Shown piece by piece: positions 1 to 8,736 of a DNA stretch of 64,000 bases; positions within the stretch are counted from its first letter, which is position 1; each line of letters begins with the position of its first letter. The stretch is taken from contig JACQXK010000004.1 in NCBI GenBank assembly GCA_016208765.1, positions 20,243-84,242 of the forward strand, in the 5' to 3' direction. The stretch is from Candidatus Omnitrophota bacterium. Its GTDB lineage: Bacteria > Omnitrophota > Gorgyraeia > Gygaellales > Profunditerraquicolaceae. The notes below the pieces were generated by a model, which searched no databases, was not told the DNA's origin, and worked only from the letters and a program-made list of their open reading frames with translations. The translations under genes and the position numbers were made by a program.

Positions 1-853
1 GCGTAAAGATGCAATCAACTCCTTTGTTTAACGTAGGTTGCCAAACCCTCCTGCACTCTTCTTCCAATGACATGCCCTGCTTAGAGTTGTAATCAAATGC
101 GGCCAGACCTTTCTCAATATGCATCGGCCTTCTGCGGGAAAAATCATACAAGCGATAAGTCAAATCACTAGACTCGGTAATCTCAACTGCCATAGATCCT
201 CCTGTCCAGCAATGAAGGACCCCCGAAGGTATCCTAAATATATCTCCGGGCTTAACATAAATTTTGTGAGCCAAGCTAAGTATATTCTCTTTTTTGCTAA
301 TTGCAGTTTCAAAAACCTCGCGGCCTATCCCGTCTTTTAAACCAAGGTACAATGCACTCTCTGCGCCTTCATGCAGGCCCAAAACTATAAAAACTTCTTC
401 TTTACCGCTATCATTCTCGCCAAGGGCCTTTGCCGTTTTATGCGATGGATGAAGATGCGCCGACATATGTTTATGCACATCAACAAATTTAACCAGCATC
501 GGGAAATTATTCCCACACACATCCACCACACTATCCCCCAGAATCAATCTAGCTAATTTTTCATCTTTGAGCAACTCCGGGAAAGATAAAATTCTGCCAT
601 CCTGCATCAGGATACGGGAGGGATACTTTTTATGCCCGGAGACTTCCCAAGACTCAGCCGCAATGATGGAATTATTGTCATATGGCAAACCTTTTAAGTC
701 ATAAAGATTATGCCCACCCCAAATGTAATCGGCAAAGTTTCCTTCAATAAACTTAATCGGGAATTTCGTTAAAACATCCATGTCGTCGCTACTTAAATTT
801 TCAATATTATTGCACGAGCTTAAATTAATAAAATTAGCATTATCAATACTCAT
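1..853 (-). CDS. Type-I phosphomannose isomerase-like cupin protein. The C-terminus runs off the left window edge.
   Basis: Manual minus-strand translation from the ATG at 853 is open through to position 2 (MSIDNANF...WGGHNLYD...VKFVDVHKHMSAHLHPSH...). The WGG and HxH/HP cupin metal-site pattern matches PMI type I. Its ATGA overlaps the stop of the upstream gene. Absent from the ORF track because it lacks an in-window stop. Confidence 0.5.
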   Translation of the reverse strand, partial: MSIDNANFINLSSCNNIENLSSDDMDVLTKFPIKFIEGNFADYIWGGHNLYDLKGLPYDNNSIIAAESWEVSGHKKYPSRILMQDGRILSFPELLKDEKLARLILGDSVVDVCGNNFPMLVKFVDVHKHMSAHLHPSHKTAKALGENDSGKEEVFIVLGLHEGAESALYLGLKDGIGREVFETAISKKENILSLAHKIYVKPGDIFRIPSGVLHCWTGGSMAVEITESSDLTYRLYDFSRRRPMHIEKGLAAFDYNSKQGMSLEEECRRVWQPTLNKGVDCIFT

Positions 854-2214
854 TGCTTCCCTTGTTTTAATGCTCTCTGCTTCTTCAACAAAAAGCTGAT
901 CCCTTCACCAAACGTCCTCGGAGTATCTATGTTTACCATATGAGTATTTAACGGTTTCCCCGCACATTGCCCTTGCGCTATTCCAATAATCGGAAACAGG
1001 AAATTTGTGCCGGTTACTTCGCTGTAAACAGCCGCTATCTGCTCTGCCATCTCCTGTTTATTCAATCCTTGCTGCCCATTAACCTGAAAAACCCCTGAAA
1101 TTCTATAGTCAAGAAGCCTTAACAAAGTCCTTGCCGCATCCTCAAGCAAAATAGGATGCTTAATTTGAACGTTATCAACTTCCAATGGCTCAGTTTTACT
1201 CAAACAGGAAATAATCTTACTTACTGTTGTCTTTTTATCATTTACACCATTATAACCATAAAGCGCTCCCAAACGCAAAACCAAAACATCAGAAAAACCA
1301 CTCAAAGAAACCCTTTCTCCTTCAAGTTTGGTATGTCCATAATAATTAATTGGGCTGGCTAAAGAATCAGATGCGTAAGGCCCGGTTTTTCCGTCAAAAA
1401 CATATTCACTGGATATGTAAACAAATTTACACTTCTTCTGATATTTAGCTATAAAAGAAACCGCATCGGTATTTAAAGCATAAGCTCTTTCCTTGTTTTT
1501 TTCAGCCGCATCTGCGTCGGCTTCACCGGCAACATAAATTATAATGTCAAAATCAGGGTTGGCGGAAAAATACCGCATGACATCCTCTTCACAAGTAACA
1601 TCCAATTTATCAAAATTTAATGAAGATGCCTTGCTAAAACCAGTACCTCTGACTTTGGCATATTCGCATTTGAAAAGATTGTAAACGGAATTACCAAATA
1701 AAGAGGTAGCGCCAATAATAAGCACAGATTTATTCCGCTTAGTCTGAATTTCTTTCCTCTCAGAAAGAATAAATGCAAGGCTGCCTGAAAGAACAGTAAT
1801 TTTCTCAAGTTTCCGAAATCCTTCAATATTTGTAAAAGCAATTATAGGAATAGTTTTCTTTTTAATTATCCCACAAAGGCTGGAAATAAGGCAAAAATTT
1901 TCCGCAATTTCTTCCAAGCTATTTATAATTAAAACATTTTTCTCCTCATCTGTTTTAATGCCATTAAGAAAACTTTGAAAGCTTGCCATAGCCTTATGCT
2001 TACCTGAATTCAGCAATGCCCTGATATCCAATTTAACGGCCTGATAATCAGGCTTGATATTACCAAGATACATCAATGTTTCACTGATTAGCTTCTCCCC
2101 CTGGGCAAACGATTCTGAAATAAACACAACGTTGCCAAATGCCCTGACAAGGCTCAACGCGCGAGAAATATCATTATTTAGAATAAGGTCAGTTCTTATA
2201 GGGACGCTTTCCAT
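850..2214 (-). CDS. Two-domain protein: unknown ~160-aa N-terminal domain fused to a dTDP-4-dehydrorhamnose reductase (RmlD)-like NAD(P)-dependent sugar reductase domain
   Basis: The C-terminal 290 aa has the Rossmann motif VLIIGATSLFG and a YxxxK-like catalytic segment (YYGHTK). The overall pattern is that of RmlD substrate-binding family proteins. The N-terminal part is not recognisable. Confidence 0.6.
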   Translation of the reverse strand: MESVPIRTDLILNNDISRALSLVRAFGNVVFISESFAQGEKLISETLMYLGNIKPDYQAVKLDIRALLNSGKHKAMASFQSFLNGIKTDEEKNVLIINSLEEIAENFCLISSLCGIIKKKTIPIIAFTNIEGFRKLEKITVLSGSLAFILSERKEIQTKRNKSVLIIGATSLFGNSVYNLFKCEYAKVRGTGFSKASSLNFDKLDVTCEEDVMRYFSANPDFDIIIYVAGEADADAAEKNKERAYALNTDAVSFIAKYQKKCKFVYISSEYVFDGKTGPYASDSLASPINYYGHTKLEGERVSLSGFSDVLVLRLGALYGYNGVNDKKTTVSKIISCLSKTEPLEVDNVQIKHPILLEDAARTLLRLLDYRISGVFQVNGQQGLNKQEMAEQIAAVYSEVTGTNFLFPIIGIAQGQCAGKPLNTHMVNIDTPRTFGEGISFLLKKQRALKQGKQ

Positions 2215-2323
2215 AAAATTTTTTCTTTGCGCTAAAATGCTGAAATTAAAATGATATACTGCTTCCCGTTTGGCAAGGCCTCACTAAAAATCCCTATTGG
2301 ATAACCATTTTACAGTTATCTCT

Positions 2324-3250
2324 CTAAGGAATAAAGCTATTTAATATCTTCAGGTTTGTTTCCTCGTTAACATCATTCACAGCTAAAGAAGATAAATCCT
2401 CAGCAGTAACATCCTTTGGATGATCCAGGCGGGAAATAATTGCCTTAAGTTTTCCGGAAACAACAGCCGGAGAATATTCACCGGTAATATCAACTCCAAT
2501 GATTTCGCAATTCTTATTAATTATTCGCAAGATCAATAATAACTTATCCAATGAGAACAAACCCTGTTCCCAATTAGTCAGGGCAAATTCCTGCGTAAGG
2601 CAATCCTTATCAATTGATATATATATTTTCTTAGTCGGTAAACTATTTAAAATTGAAAGTATAAATTCTCCAATATTCTTATCTCTTAATTCTTGCCAGA
2701 GGATTTTAGTTCTCATAACCCCTTTCTTAGAAGTCAGAGAATGATTCTCTGGGACTTGGCGAAAGAAAACCGTAGTCGGTTCATGCATATATGGGTAAAT
2801 CTCCAAACGGTTATTTTTCAGGCTGGATAAATTCCCTGTTTGAATATTCCAAGTTGAAATATCATTTGAAGAAACCCCTAATAAGACACATTTTTGGATA
2901 CGTTTATTTTTCAATGCTTCAGTTACCCACGATCCGCAACCATAACGGGGAGGAAGGATGTCCCAATCAGGATGGAAATCAAAAACAATCACGCAAAAAT
3001 CTTCGTCAAACTGATTCAGTAAAACACTGCTTATGTGGTGAAAATCCCCGGAACCCAATAAATTAATACAATTCCGATCTAAACTGCCAAGCCTTGCTTC
3101 AATTTCATTCTTTGTTCTATGGTTCATCCACAATCTGGCGCGGCGAGCCAAATCTTTAAAATCAATAATTTTTGGCTGATATAAAGAAAGGAGTCTCTGC
3201 TGGCTTACAACAGAATCGTCAAAATTTAATAAATGGATAGTTTTACTCAA
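2324..3250 (-). CDS. Arginase/deacetylase-fold metal-dependent hydrolase (ureohydrolase- or HDAC-like, divergent)
   Basis: Motifs GSGDFHH, DFHPDWD and SIDKDCL correspond to the metal-binding D/H clusters of the arginase/deacetylase superfamily. A 4-bp overlap with the upstream aminotransferase implies an operon. Confidence 0.45.
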   Translation of the reverse strand: MSKTIHLLNFDDSVVSQQRLLSLYQPKIIDFKDLARRARLWMNHRTKNEIEARLGSLDRNCINLLGSGDFHHISSVLLNQFDEDFCVIVFDFHPDWDILPPRYGCGSWVTEALKNKRIQKCVLLGVSSNDISTWNIQTGNLSSLKNNRLEIYPYMHEPTTVFFRQVPENHSLTSKKGVMRTKILWQELRDKNIGEFILSILNSLPTKKIYISIDKDCLTQEFALTNWEQGLFSLDKLLLILRIINKNCEIIGVDITGEYSPAVVSGKLKAIISRLDHPKDVTAEDLSSLAVNDVNEETNLKILNSFIP

Positions 3251-4671
3251 GAAGTCTTTTTTAGTGCCTTAGAAAGTGCCTCTTCAAAAAGCTCAACCGC
3301 TAAATCTATTTCTTTTTCAGTAATATAGAATGAAGGGGCGATAGTAAAACAGTTCTTGTAATATCCTCCTATATCAAGAATCAAGCCACGCCTCTTTCCT
3401 CCAACACTTAATTTCCCATCCAGGCCTATGTTGGCAATTGTATCCGCAAGCTCTCTGTTAGGAGTATACCCGTCCTTTTGGCACATCTCTATCCTCAATG
3501 CCAAACCCAATGCATCAACATCCCCCATTTGAGGGTACTTTTTCTGAAGTTTCTTAAGACGAGAGAGAAAATAACGGCCTTTCCTGGGAATTAAATCGGC
3601 AAAGTTAGACTCCTCTATTAATTTCATCACCTCTAACCCGGCTGCCGTACCCAGAGGGTTTGAAGAAAAAGTTGAATGAGTAGAACCCGGAGGGAAAACA
3701 TCCGGTGAAATAAGTTTCTCTTTAGCCCAAATCCCAGCGATAGAATTTAAACCGTTAGTTAAGGCTTTTCCGAAAACAATAATATCAGGAGTCACGTTAA
3801 AATGTTCAATGCCCCAGAACTTTCCTGTCCGGTAAAATCCCATTTGTATCTCGTCATCAACAAGAAGAATATTATACCTATCTAAAATTTCTTTTAACCC
3901 GGAGAAATAATCTTGCGGGGGGACAATATATCCTCCGGTTCCCTGAATCGATTCAATATAAAAAGCGGCAAATTCACATTTATTGTTCTTCTTGTTAACC
4001 ACGCCATAATATTCTGTTTCAAAAAGCCTCTCAAATTGTTTTAAACAATATAAGTCGCAAAAATCTCTTTTCTTGTCATACGGGCAGCGAAAACAATAAG
4101 GAAACGGCACAAACAATGCCCTATCACCAAAATGGCCAAAGCGCTCTCTGTAACGAAAACTAGATGTAATGGCAGAAACAGCTAATGTCCTTCCATGATA
4201 GCCCCCCATGAAAGCAAACACAAGGTTTCTCCCAGAACAATTTCTTACCAACTTCAAAGAATCTTCATTTGACTGCGATCCTCCCACATTAAAATGCACC
4301 CTTCCCTTTTCCTCAAAAGTCGTTTCTGAACGATGGCATATCTTTGTGGCTAACTGCACTTTTTCTTCGTGGATATACTGACAGGCAAGCTGAGGGAGGA
4401 TATCAATCTGCTTCTTTAATGCCCTGTTAAGGCGTTTATTTTTATACCCAAAGTTGCAGGCGGAATACCACATCTGGAGATCAAGGTATTGAGTTCCTTC
4501 CCTATCATATAAATAAATACCATCTGCTGACTTAAAAACATTCGGCTTCTCTGAATAATGCACCGTATCTCCCCAGGAACAATATTTTGCTTCCAAGGCC
4601 AAAAGATCATCAGTGCCATTAATTTCTTTTGGTTTAGCTGCTGCAAGTTTTGCGGCCTGTTTTATTCCCAT
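3247..4671 (-). CDS. Class-III (fold-type I) PLP-dependent aminotransferase
   Basis: LLVDDEIQMGFYRTGKFWG...DIIVFGKALTNG contains the class-III signature with the PLP lysine. Length 474 aa. Confidence 0.8.
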   Translation of the reverse strand: MGIKQAAKLAAAKPKEINGTDDLLALEAKYCSWGDTVHYSEKPNVFKSADGIYLYDREGTQYLDLQMWYSACNFGYKNKRLNRALKKQIDILPQLACQYIHEEKVQLATKICHRSETTFEEKGRVHFNVGGSQSNEDSLKLVRNCSGRNLVFAFMGGYHGRTLAVSAITSSFRYRERFGHFGDRALFVPFPYCFRCPYDKKRDFCDLYCLKQFERLFETEYYGVVNKKNNKCEFAAFYIESIQGTGGYIVPPQDYFSGLKEILDRYNILLVDDEIQMGFYRTGKFWGIEHFNVTPDIIVFGKALTNGLNSIAGIWAKEKLISPDVFPPGSTHSTFSSNPLGTAAGLEVMKLIEESNFADLIPRKGRYFLSRLKKLQKKYPQMGDVDALGLALRIEMCQKDGYTPNRELADTIANIGLDGKLSVGGKRRGLILDIGGYYKNCFTIAPSFYITEKEIDLAVELFEEALSKALKKTS

Positions 4672-4753
4672 TTAAACTCCTTTTAATAAATTTATACACA
4701 TCGTTTAAATTTTTATAAGGCATGCAGTTAAGTTTATTATTCCTGCAATACTC

Positions 4754-5341
4754 TCACAGGCTGTCTTTGGCAAAAACAATATCAGCGTATTTTGCCGGAC
4801 AGATATCAGAACGGCCATCCCCAATGTATATAATTATAGAATTTTTAAAACTATTTGCCAAGAGATTTTTTGTCTTGCAGTGCGCGCAAATACTGCATTT
4901 TTTTGCCTGATAAGGGAACTGCGGAATGAGCCTGTTCCTGGATAACTCTAACTTATTAGAATAAACCTTTAACCCTTTAATGTAATTATGTTTTAAGATA
5001 CTCTTTAAGATATAATCAAAATTATCGCTTAGTACCGCAGACTTTATTTTCGCTTCTTTAAGGAATTTCACCAGGCGATTAAAATAAGGGTCAATTTTTA
5101 TACCGGAAAGATATTCATCAAGGTCTCTTTTTGTAATACGAATTCCCTGAAGCTGGCCGTGAAGGCACTTAAGAGAGCCGATCTTACCCTCCTGCCACTG
5201 TTTTTCCAGTTCAATCCAGCGTTTATTGCTGGAAAATAACGGGAGAATATTATCAAGGACATCACAGGAAGCTATGGTATTATCAAAATCAAAAAATACC
5301 GCACATTGGCTTGCTGAAAATTTAGGCAATTTTCTTTCCAT
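4754..5341 (-). CDS. HAD-IB family phosphatase (MtnX/PSP-like)
   Basis: DxD motif FDFDNTI near the N-terminus, a C-terminal GDGRSD motif, and a CxxC...C cluster typical of MtnX-like HADs. Confidence 0.65.
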   Translation of the reverse strand: MERKLPKFSASQCAVFFDFDNTIASCDVLDNILPLFSSNKRWIELEKQWQEGKIGSLKCLHGQLQGIRITKRDLDEYLSGIKIDPYFNRLVKFLKEAKIKSAVLSDNFDYILKSILKHNYIKGLKVYSNKLELSRNRLIPQFPYQAKKCSICAHCKTKNLLANSFKNSIIIYIGDGRSDICPAKYADIVFAKDSL

Positions 5342-5969
5342 AAATAAAAACTGGAGTGTCTTTCTTTGTTAAATATCTAAAGTATGTGCGTTTACCGGCA
5401 AACAATTGGCAAAGGCCCTGTTTAACAAAAAATTCAGCTGAATGTTCAGACATGGTCGCAAGTTGCACTGCTTTAACATTGTGCGCTTGTAAATAATCAA
5501 AATATGCCTGTATTAATTTTGAGCCTATACCAGAATGCCTGAATCCCGCGGCTAAATTAATATGTAAAGTTGCCGGATAATCTTTGGAGAAATCAGGCAT
5601 CTTAAACTCACCGTTAAAAATACTTTTTAACAAATTTAAGAAAAAAATATGGTTTTTCTTTTTAAAGAAAACACCTTTAAGAAAAGCGTAAATTAATAAA
5701 GCGGGAAAAATCCCAAACAGGAATTTCTTTGCTAAAACACGGGTATCTTTGGCACCGATAAGATAACCCACAACCTTACCGCCTGACTCAGCTACAAAAC
5801 AAGATTCCGGTTCATAATCAGTAAAATACCGTGTAAGAAAATCAGCAAGAACATCCTGCCCTTCAAAAAAAATGCCGGCAGGCTCTCCCATAAAAGCCGT
5901 ATCCCAGGAAATCTTTCTTACACTATCACGGTCAGGCTTTTGATAATGCCTGATTACAGCTTCTTCCAT
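5322..5969 (-). CDS. GNAT family N-acetyltransferase with a hydrophobic insertion
   Basis: FRHSGIGSKLI matches the R/QxxGxG/A acetyl-CoA binding motif. Overlaps the HAD gene by 20 bp. Confidence 0.6.
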   Translation of the reverse strand: MEEAVIRHYQKPDRDSVRKISWDTAFMGEPAGIFFEGQDVLADFLTRYFTDYEPESCFVAESGGKVVGYLIGAKDTRVLAKKFLFGIFPALLIYAFLKGVFFKKKNHIFFLNLLKSIFNGEFKMPDFSKDYPATLHINLAAGFRHSGIGSKLIQAYFDYLQAHNVKAVQLATMSEHSAEFFVKQGLCQLFAGKRTYFRYLTKKDTPVFIYGKKIA

Positions 5970-5986
5970 ATCATATTCGCTTTCTC

Positions 5987-6022
5987 AAAAAAAGGTGCCC
6001 CTTTAAGGGGACACCTTTTTAA
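5987..6022 (-). terminator. Intrinsic terminator hairpin after thi4 (bidirectional form: A-tract, stem, T-tract)
   Basis: aaaaaaaGGTGCCCCtttaAGGGGACACCtttttt lies immediately 3' of the thi4 stop. Confidence 0.55.
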
Positions 6023-6047
6023 TTATATCATAAAAGACTATAAGTAA

Positions 6048-6821
6048 TTATAGTTTCTTCAACAGATCATCTGCAACCTTGCGGCCGGATAACAACATCC
6101 CGCCAAAAATCGGGCCCATGCGCGGCCCGCCAAAAACAGCATTAGCGCACATACCGCAGGTGTATAAACCGGGAGCTACTTCCCTGGAATTTCTTACAAT
6201 TGTCTCTTCTCCTACCTCTGCCCACATGGAATTCTCTCCCATTACCTTGCCGGTTTTTGTATTTAACTTCAATCCGGATTTTCTTTCTGCAATACGCACT
6301 ACTTCTGCCGCATGGCCTGTGGCGTCAATAACCATTTTTGCGCGCATGGTGATAGGGTCAACATGAAGATTGGCAATTTCCACCGCCGTCCAGTTTAAAA
6401 CTAACCCTGCAATACGCCCTTTTCTAATCATCACATCTTCTGCGCTTAAAAGGTTAAAAATCTTAACCCCTTGCTTGATTGTTTTAGAGCAAATTGTAGA
6501 AACCGCCTCTACTGAATCTGCCAGATAATAGCCCTTTTCATACAAGCGGGTGCTAACATCAAACTCATTGAGGATTCGCCGGGCCTTTTCCTGCACAACA
6601 ATTTCATTAAACATAATCCCGCCGCCCCACATACCTCCTCCAACTGAAAGCTTGCGCTCAAAAATAACAACTCGCTTCCCTTTTTTTGCCAGATAATACG
6701 CGCAGCACATACCAGCCGGCCCTGCGCCTACAATAGCCACATCCACATCAAGCGCATCCAGAAGTTTTTTATTATAAGACTCAATTATTGCCCTTGAAAT
6801 TTTAATGTCATCTAATTGCAT
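6048..6821 (-). CDS. thi4: Thiazole synthase, Thi4 family
   Basis: [21 protein letters not shown]...[14 protein letters not shown]...ATGHAAEV...[15 protein letters not shown]. This is the classic Thi4 FAD/NAD-fold motif set. Confidence 0.85.
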   Translation of the reverse strand: MQLDDIKISRAIIESYNKKLLDALDVDVAIVGAGPAGMCCAYYLAKKGKRVVIFERKLSVGGGMWGGGIMFNEIVVQEKARRILNEFDVSTRLYEKGYYLADSVEAVSTICSKTIKQGVKIFNLLSAEDVMIRKGRIAGLVLNWTAVEIANLHVDPITMRAKMVIDATGHAAEVVRIAERKSGLKLNTKTGKVMGENSMWAEVGEETIVRNSREVAPGLYTCGMCANAVFGGPRMGPIFGGMLLSGRKVADDLLKKL

Positions 6822-6823
6822 GA

Positions 6824-7411
6824 TTAACCCTCCAGTTTTTTAATTGTAACTTTTTTTACGCCTTCCTTAACCATTCTCTTAATTGCATCTTCTGAATCAT
6901 TGGGTTTTAAGTTTACTCCTTTTATCGCATCCATCAGAATATTTACCTTAAAACCGTGCTTTAGCGCATCATGGGCAGTGAATTTAACACAATAATCTGT
7001 GGCAAGGCCTGCAATATAAATTTCTTTAACCTTAAAGAAATCCAACAACTTCTCTAAACTCATCCCCCGTTCATCTTCTGCCTGGAATGACGAATAACTG
7101 TCTTTCTTGGGATCAAGGCCTTTATACAAATAAATTGCTCCCTTTGGTAATTTCAGCTTCGGATGGAATGCTGCGCCCGGAGTATTCTGGACACAATGCA
7201 CAGGCCACACCCCGCCGAAATCCTTAAAATGTTTGCTTCTTAGAGGATGCCAATCACGGGTTGCGAAAACAAAGGATTCTTTTTTGGAGAAAAACTTCAG
7301 GTACCTGTTAACTACCGGAATGATTTTATCTGCCTCAGGAATACCCAAGGCCCCGCCGGGACAAAAATCATTCTGCACGTCCACAACTAACAACGCCTTT
7401 TTTGCTTTCAT
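6824..7411 (-). CDS. pncA: Nicotinamidase/pyrazinamidase (isochorismatase fold)
   Basis: [40 protein letters not shown] and GLATDYCV (catalytic Cys) align motif-for-motif with PncA. Confidence 0.8.
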   Translation of the reverse strand: MKAKKALLVVDVQNDFCPGGALGIPEADKIIPVVNRYLKFFSKKESFVFATRDWHPLRSKHFKDFGGVWPVHCVQNTPGAAFHPKLKLPKGAIYLYKGLDPKKDSYSSFQAEDERGMSLEKLLDFFKVKEIYIAGLATDYCVKFTAHDALKHGFKVNILMDAIKGVNLKPNDSEDAIKRMVKEGVKKVTIKKLEG

Positions 7412-7556
7412 AAAAAAACCCTATGCCTAAAAACATAGGGGAAACTTGTATCACCTCTCTTCCTACGCTGGCATTACCCAGATCAGGTTATTAGGGTAAT
7501 CTGCTTTACGCAGAACTCTCAGGCCGCTCTACGACCTCCCCTTACAATATTATTCT
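7412..7556 (-). promoter_or_regulatory. TPP riboswitch (THI element) with expression-platform hairpin abutting the pncA start
   Basis: Minus-strand read: GGGGAGGUCGUAGAGCGGCCUGAGAGUUCUGCGUAAAGCAGAUUACCCUAAUAACCUGAUCUGGGUAAUGCCAGCGUAGGAAGAGAGG. It carries the CUGAGA, ACCC and ACCUGAUCUGGnUAAUGCCAGCGUAGGAA hallmarks. It is followed by CCCUAUG-loop-CAUAGGG and U7 directly before the ATG. Confidence 0.9.
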
Positions 7557-7600
7557 ATCCTTAAAATAACTCTTGTCAATTTAAAATACGCGGTGAAATG

Positions 7601-7680
7601 AAGCTTAACAGCAATAAAAGTTTCTATTCGCACACGAGATTTCTTACCGCGTGCTCACAGAAACTTTAATTGCTTTAGGT
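7601..7680 (+). repeat. Dispersed palindromic repeat family R1, copy 1 (short variant)
   Basis: Outer inverted repeat GCAATAAAAGTTTCT...AGAAACTTTAATTGC with the inner GCACACGAGATTTCTT core. Related copies lie at 28361-28454 and 39053-39136. Confidence 0.7.
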
Positions 7681-7709
7681 ATCAGTAAAACCAGCAAGTT
7701 AGGAATTAT

Positions 7710-8720
7710 TCAGAATACACCCGATATATCCGCCTGACAAAAAGAACACTTCCCGTTTATTATATGATTTTCTAAAATATCAAAACCCTCGCGCGCTACC
7801 AGCAATTTCTTGCACTGCGGGCAAAAAGTATCATCCCCTAATCCGGAAACATTTCCGATATAAATATAATTTAATCCTGCATTTCTTCCAAGGTCTCTGG
7901 CAAACAACAAAGTTTTCTCCGGAGTTGATTTATGGCCGCTAAATTTATAATCCGGATGAAAACGCGAAATATGCCAGGGGATATTCTTATCTACACCCGC
8001 GATAAACCCGGCAACACCGCTTAATTCCTGTTCAGAATCATTTTCCCCGGGAATTACCAAAGTAGTCACCTCCACCCAAATCCCTAATTCATGCATCAGG
8101 CGGATTGAATTTAATACAGGCTCAAGGCTTGCAGCGCATATTTCTTTATAAGAGCTATCTTTAAAGAATTTTAGATCTACATTTGCAGCATCTAAATATG
8201 GCCTAAGCATTTCAAGGCACTGGCTGGTCATATAGCCGTTAGTAACAAAAATGTTCTTCAAGCCTTTTTCTTTGGCAATTTTTGCAATGTTTAAAGCGTA
8301 CTCAAAGAATATTGTCGGCTCGGTATAAGTATAAGAAATACTTTTACAGTTGTTCTCTAGCGCAAGCCTAACCACGTCTTCCGGAGTGAGTTTCTCCCCG
8401 TAATTAAATAAACCCTCCCTTGCCGAAGCCTGAGAGATCTCCCAATTCTGGCAGAAAGAACAACGAAAATTGCAACCAATAGCAGCTATGGAAAAACTGG
8501 ATGACCCAGGAAGAAAATGATACAACGGCTTCTTTTCAACAGGATCCACGTGCGCAGAAACAACCTCGCCATAAACATGGGTATAAAGCGTTCCTTGAAT
8601 ATTCTGCCTTACACCGCAAAAACCAAATTTGCCCTCGGAGATTCTGCAATTATGATTGCAAAGATAACAATGCGTTAAATTATTTGCTAATTTTTTATAA
8701 AGCAGGGCTTCTTTGCGCAT
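7710..8720 (-). CDS. Radical SAM enzyme of the AmmeMemoRadiSam-system type (PflA-like)
   Basis: N-terminal Cys cluster CYLCNHNCRISEGKFGFCGVR, DPVEKKPLYHFLPGS and the CNFRCSFCQN CxxxCxxC motif. Confidence 0.6.
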   Translation of the reverse strand: MRKEALLYKKLANNLTHCYLCNHNCRISEGKFGFCGVRQNIQGTLYTHVYGEVVSAHVDPVEKKPLYHFLPGSSSFSIAAIGCNFRCSFCQNWEISQASAREGLFNYGEKLTPEDVVRLALENNCKSISYTYTEPTIFFEYALNIAKIAKEKGLKNIFVTNGYMTSQCLEMLRPYLDAANVDLKFFKDSSYKEICAASLEPVLNSIRLMHELGIWVEVTTLVIPGENDSEQELSGVAGFIAGVDKNIPWHISRFHPDYKFSGHKSTPEKTLLFARDLGRNAGLNYIYIGNVSGLGDDTFCPQCKKLLVAREGFDILENHIINGKCSFCQADISGVF

Positions 8721-8736
8721 ATTAAATTTAGAATGG

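Noticed and set aside
119-556. Plus-strand ORFs 119-340 and 371-556 from the six-frame track
   Set aside because: They lie antisense to a continuous minus-strand reading frame with clear cupin/PMI similarity. They have no RBS and low-complexity translations.
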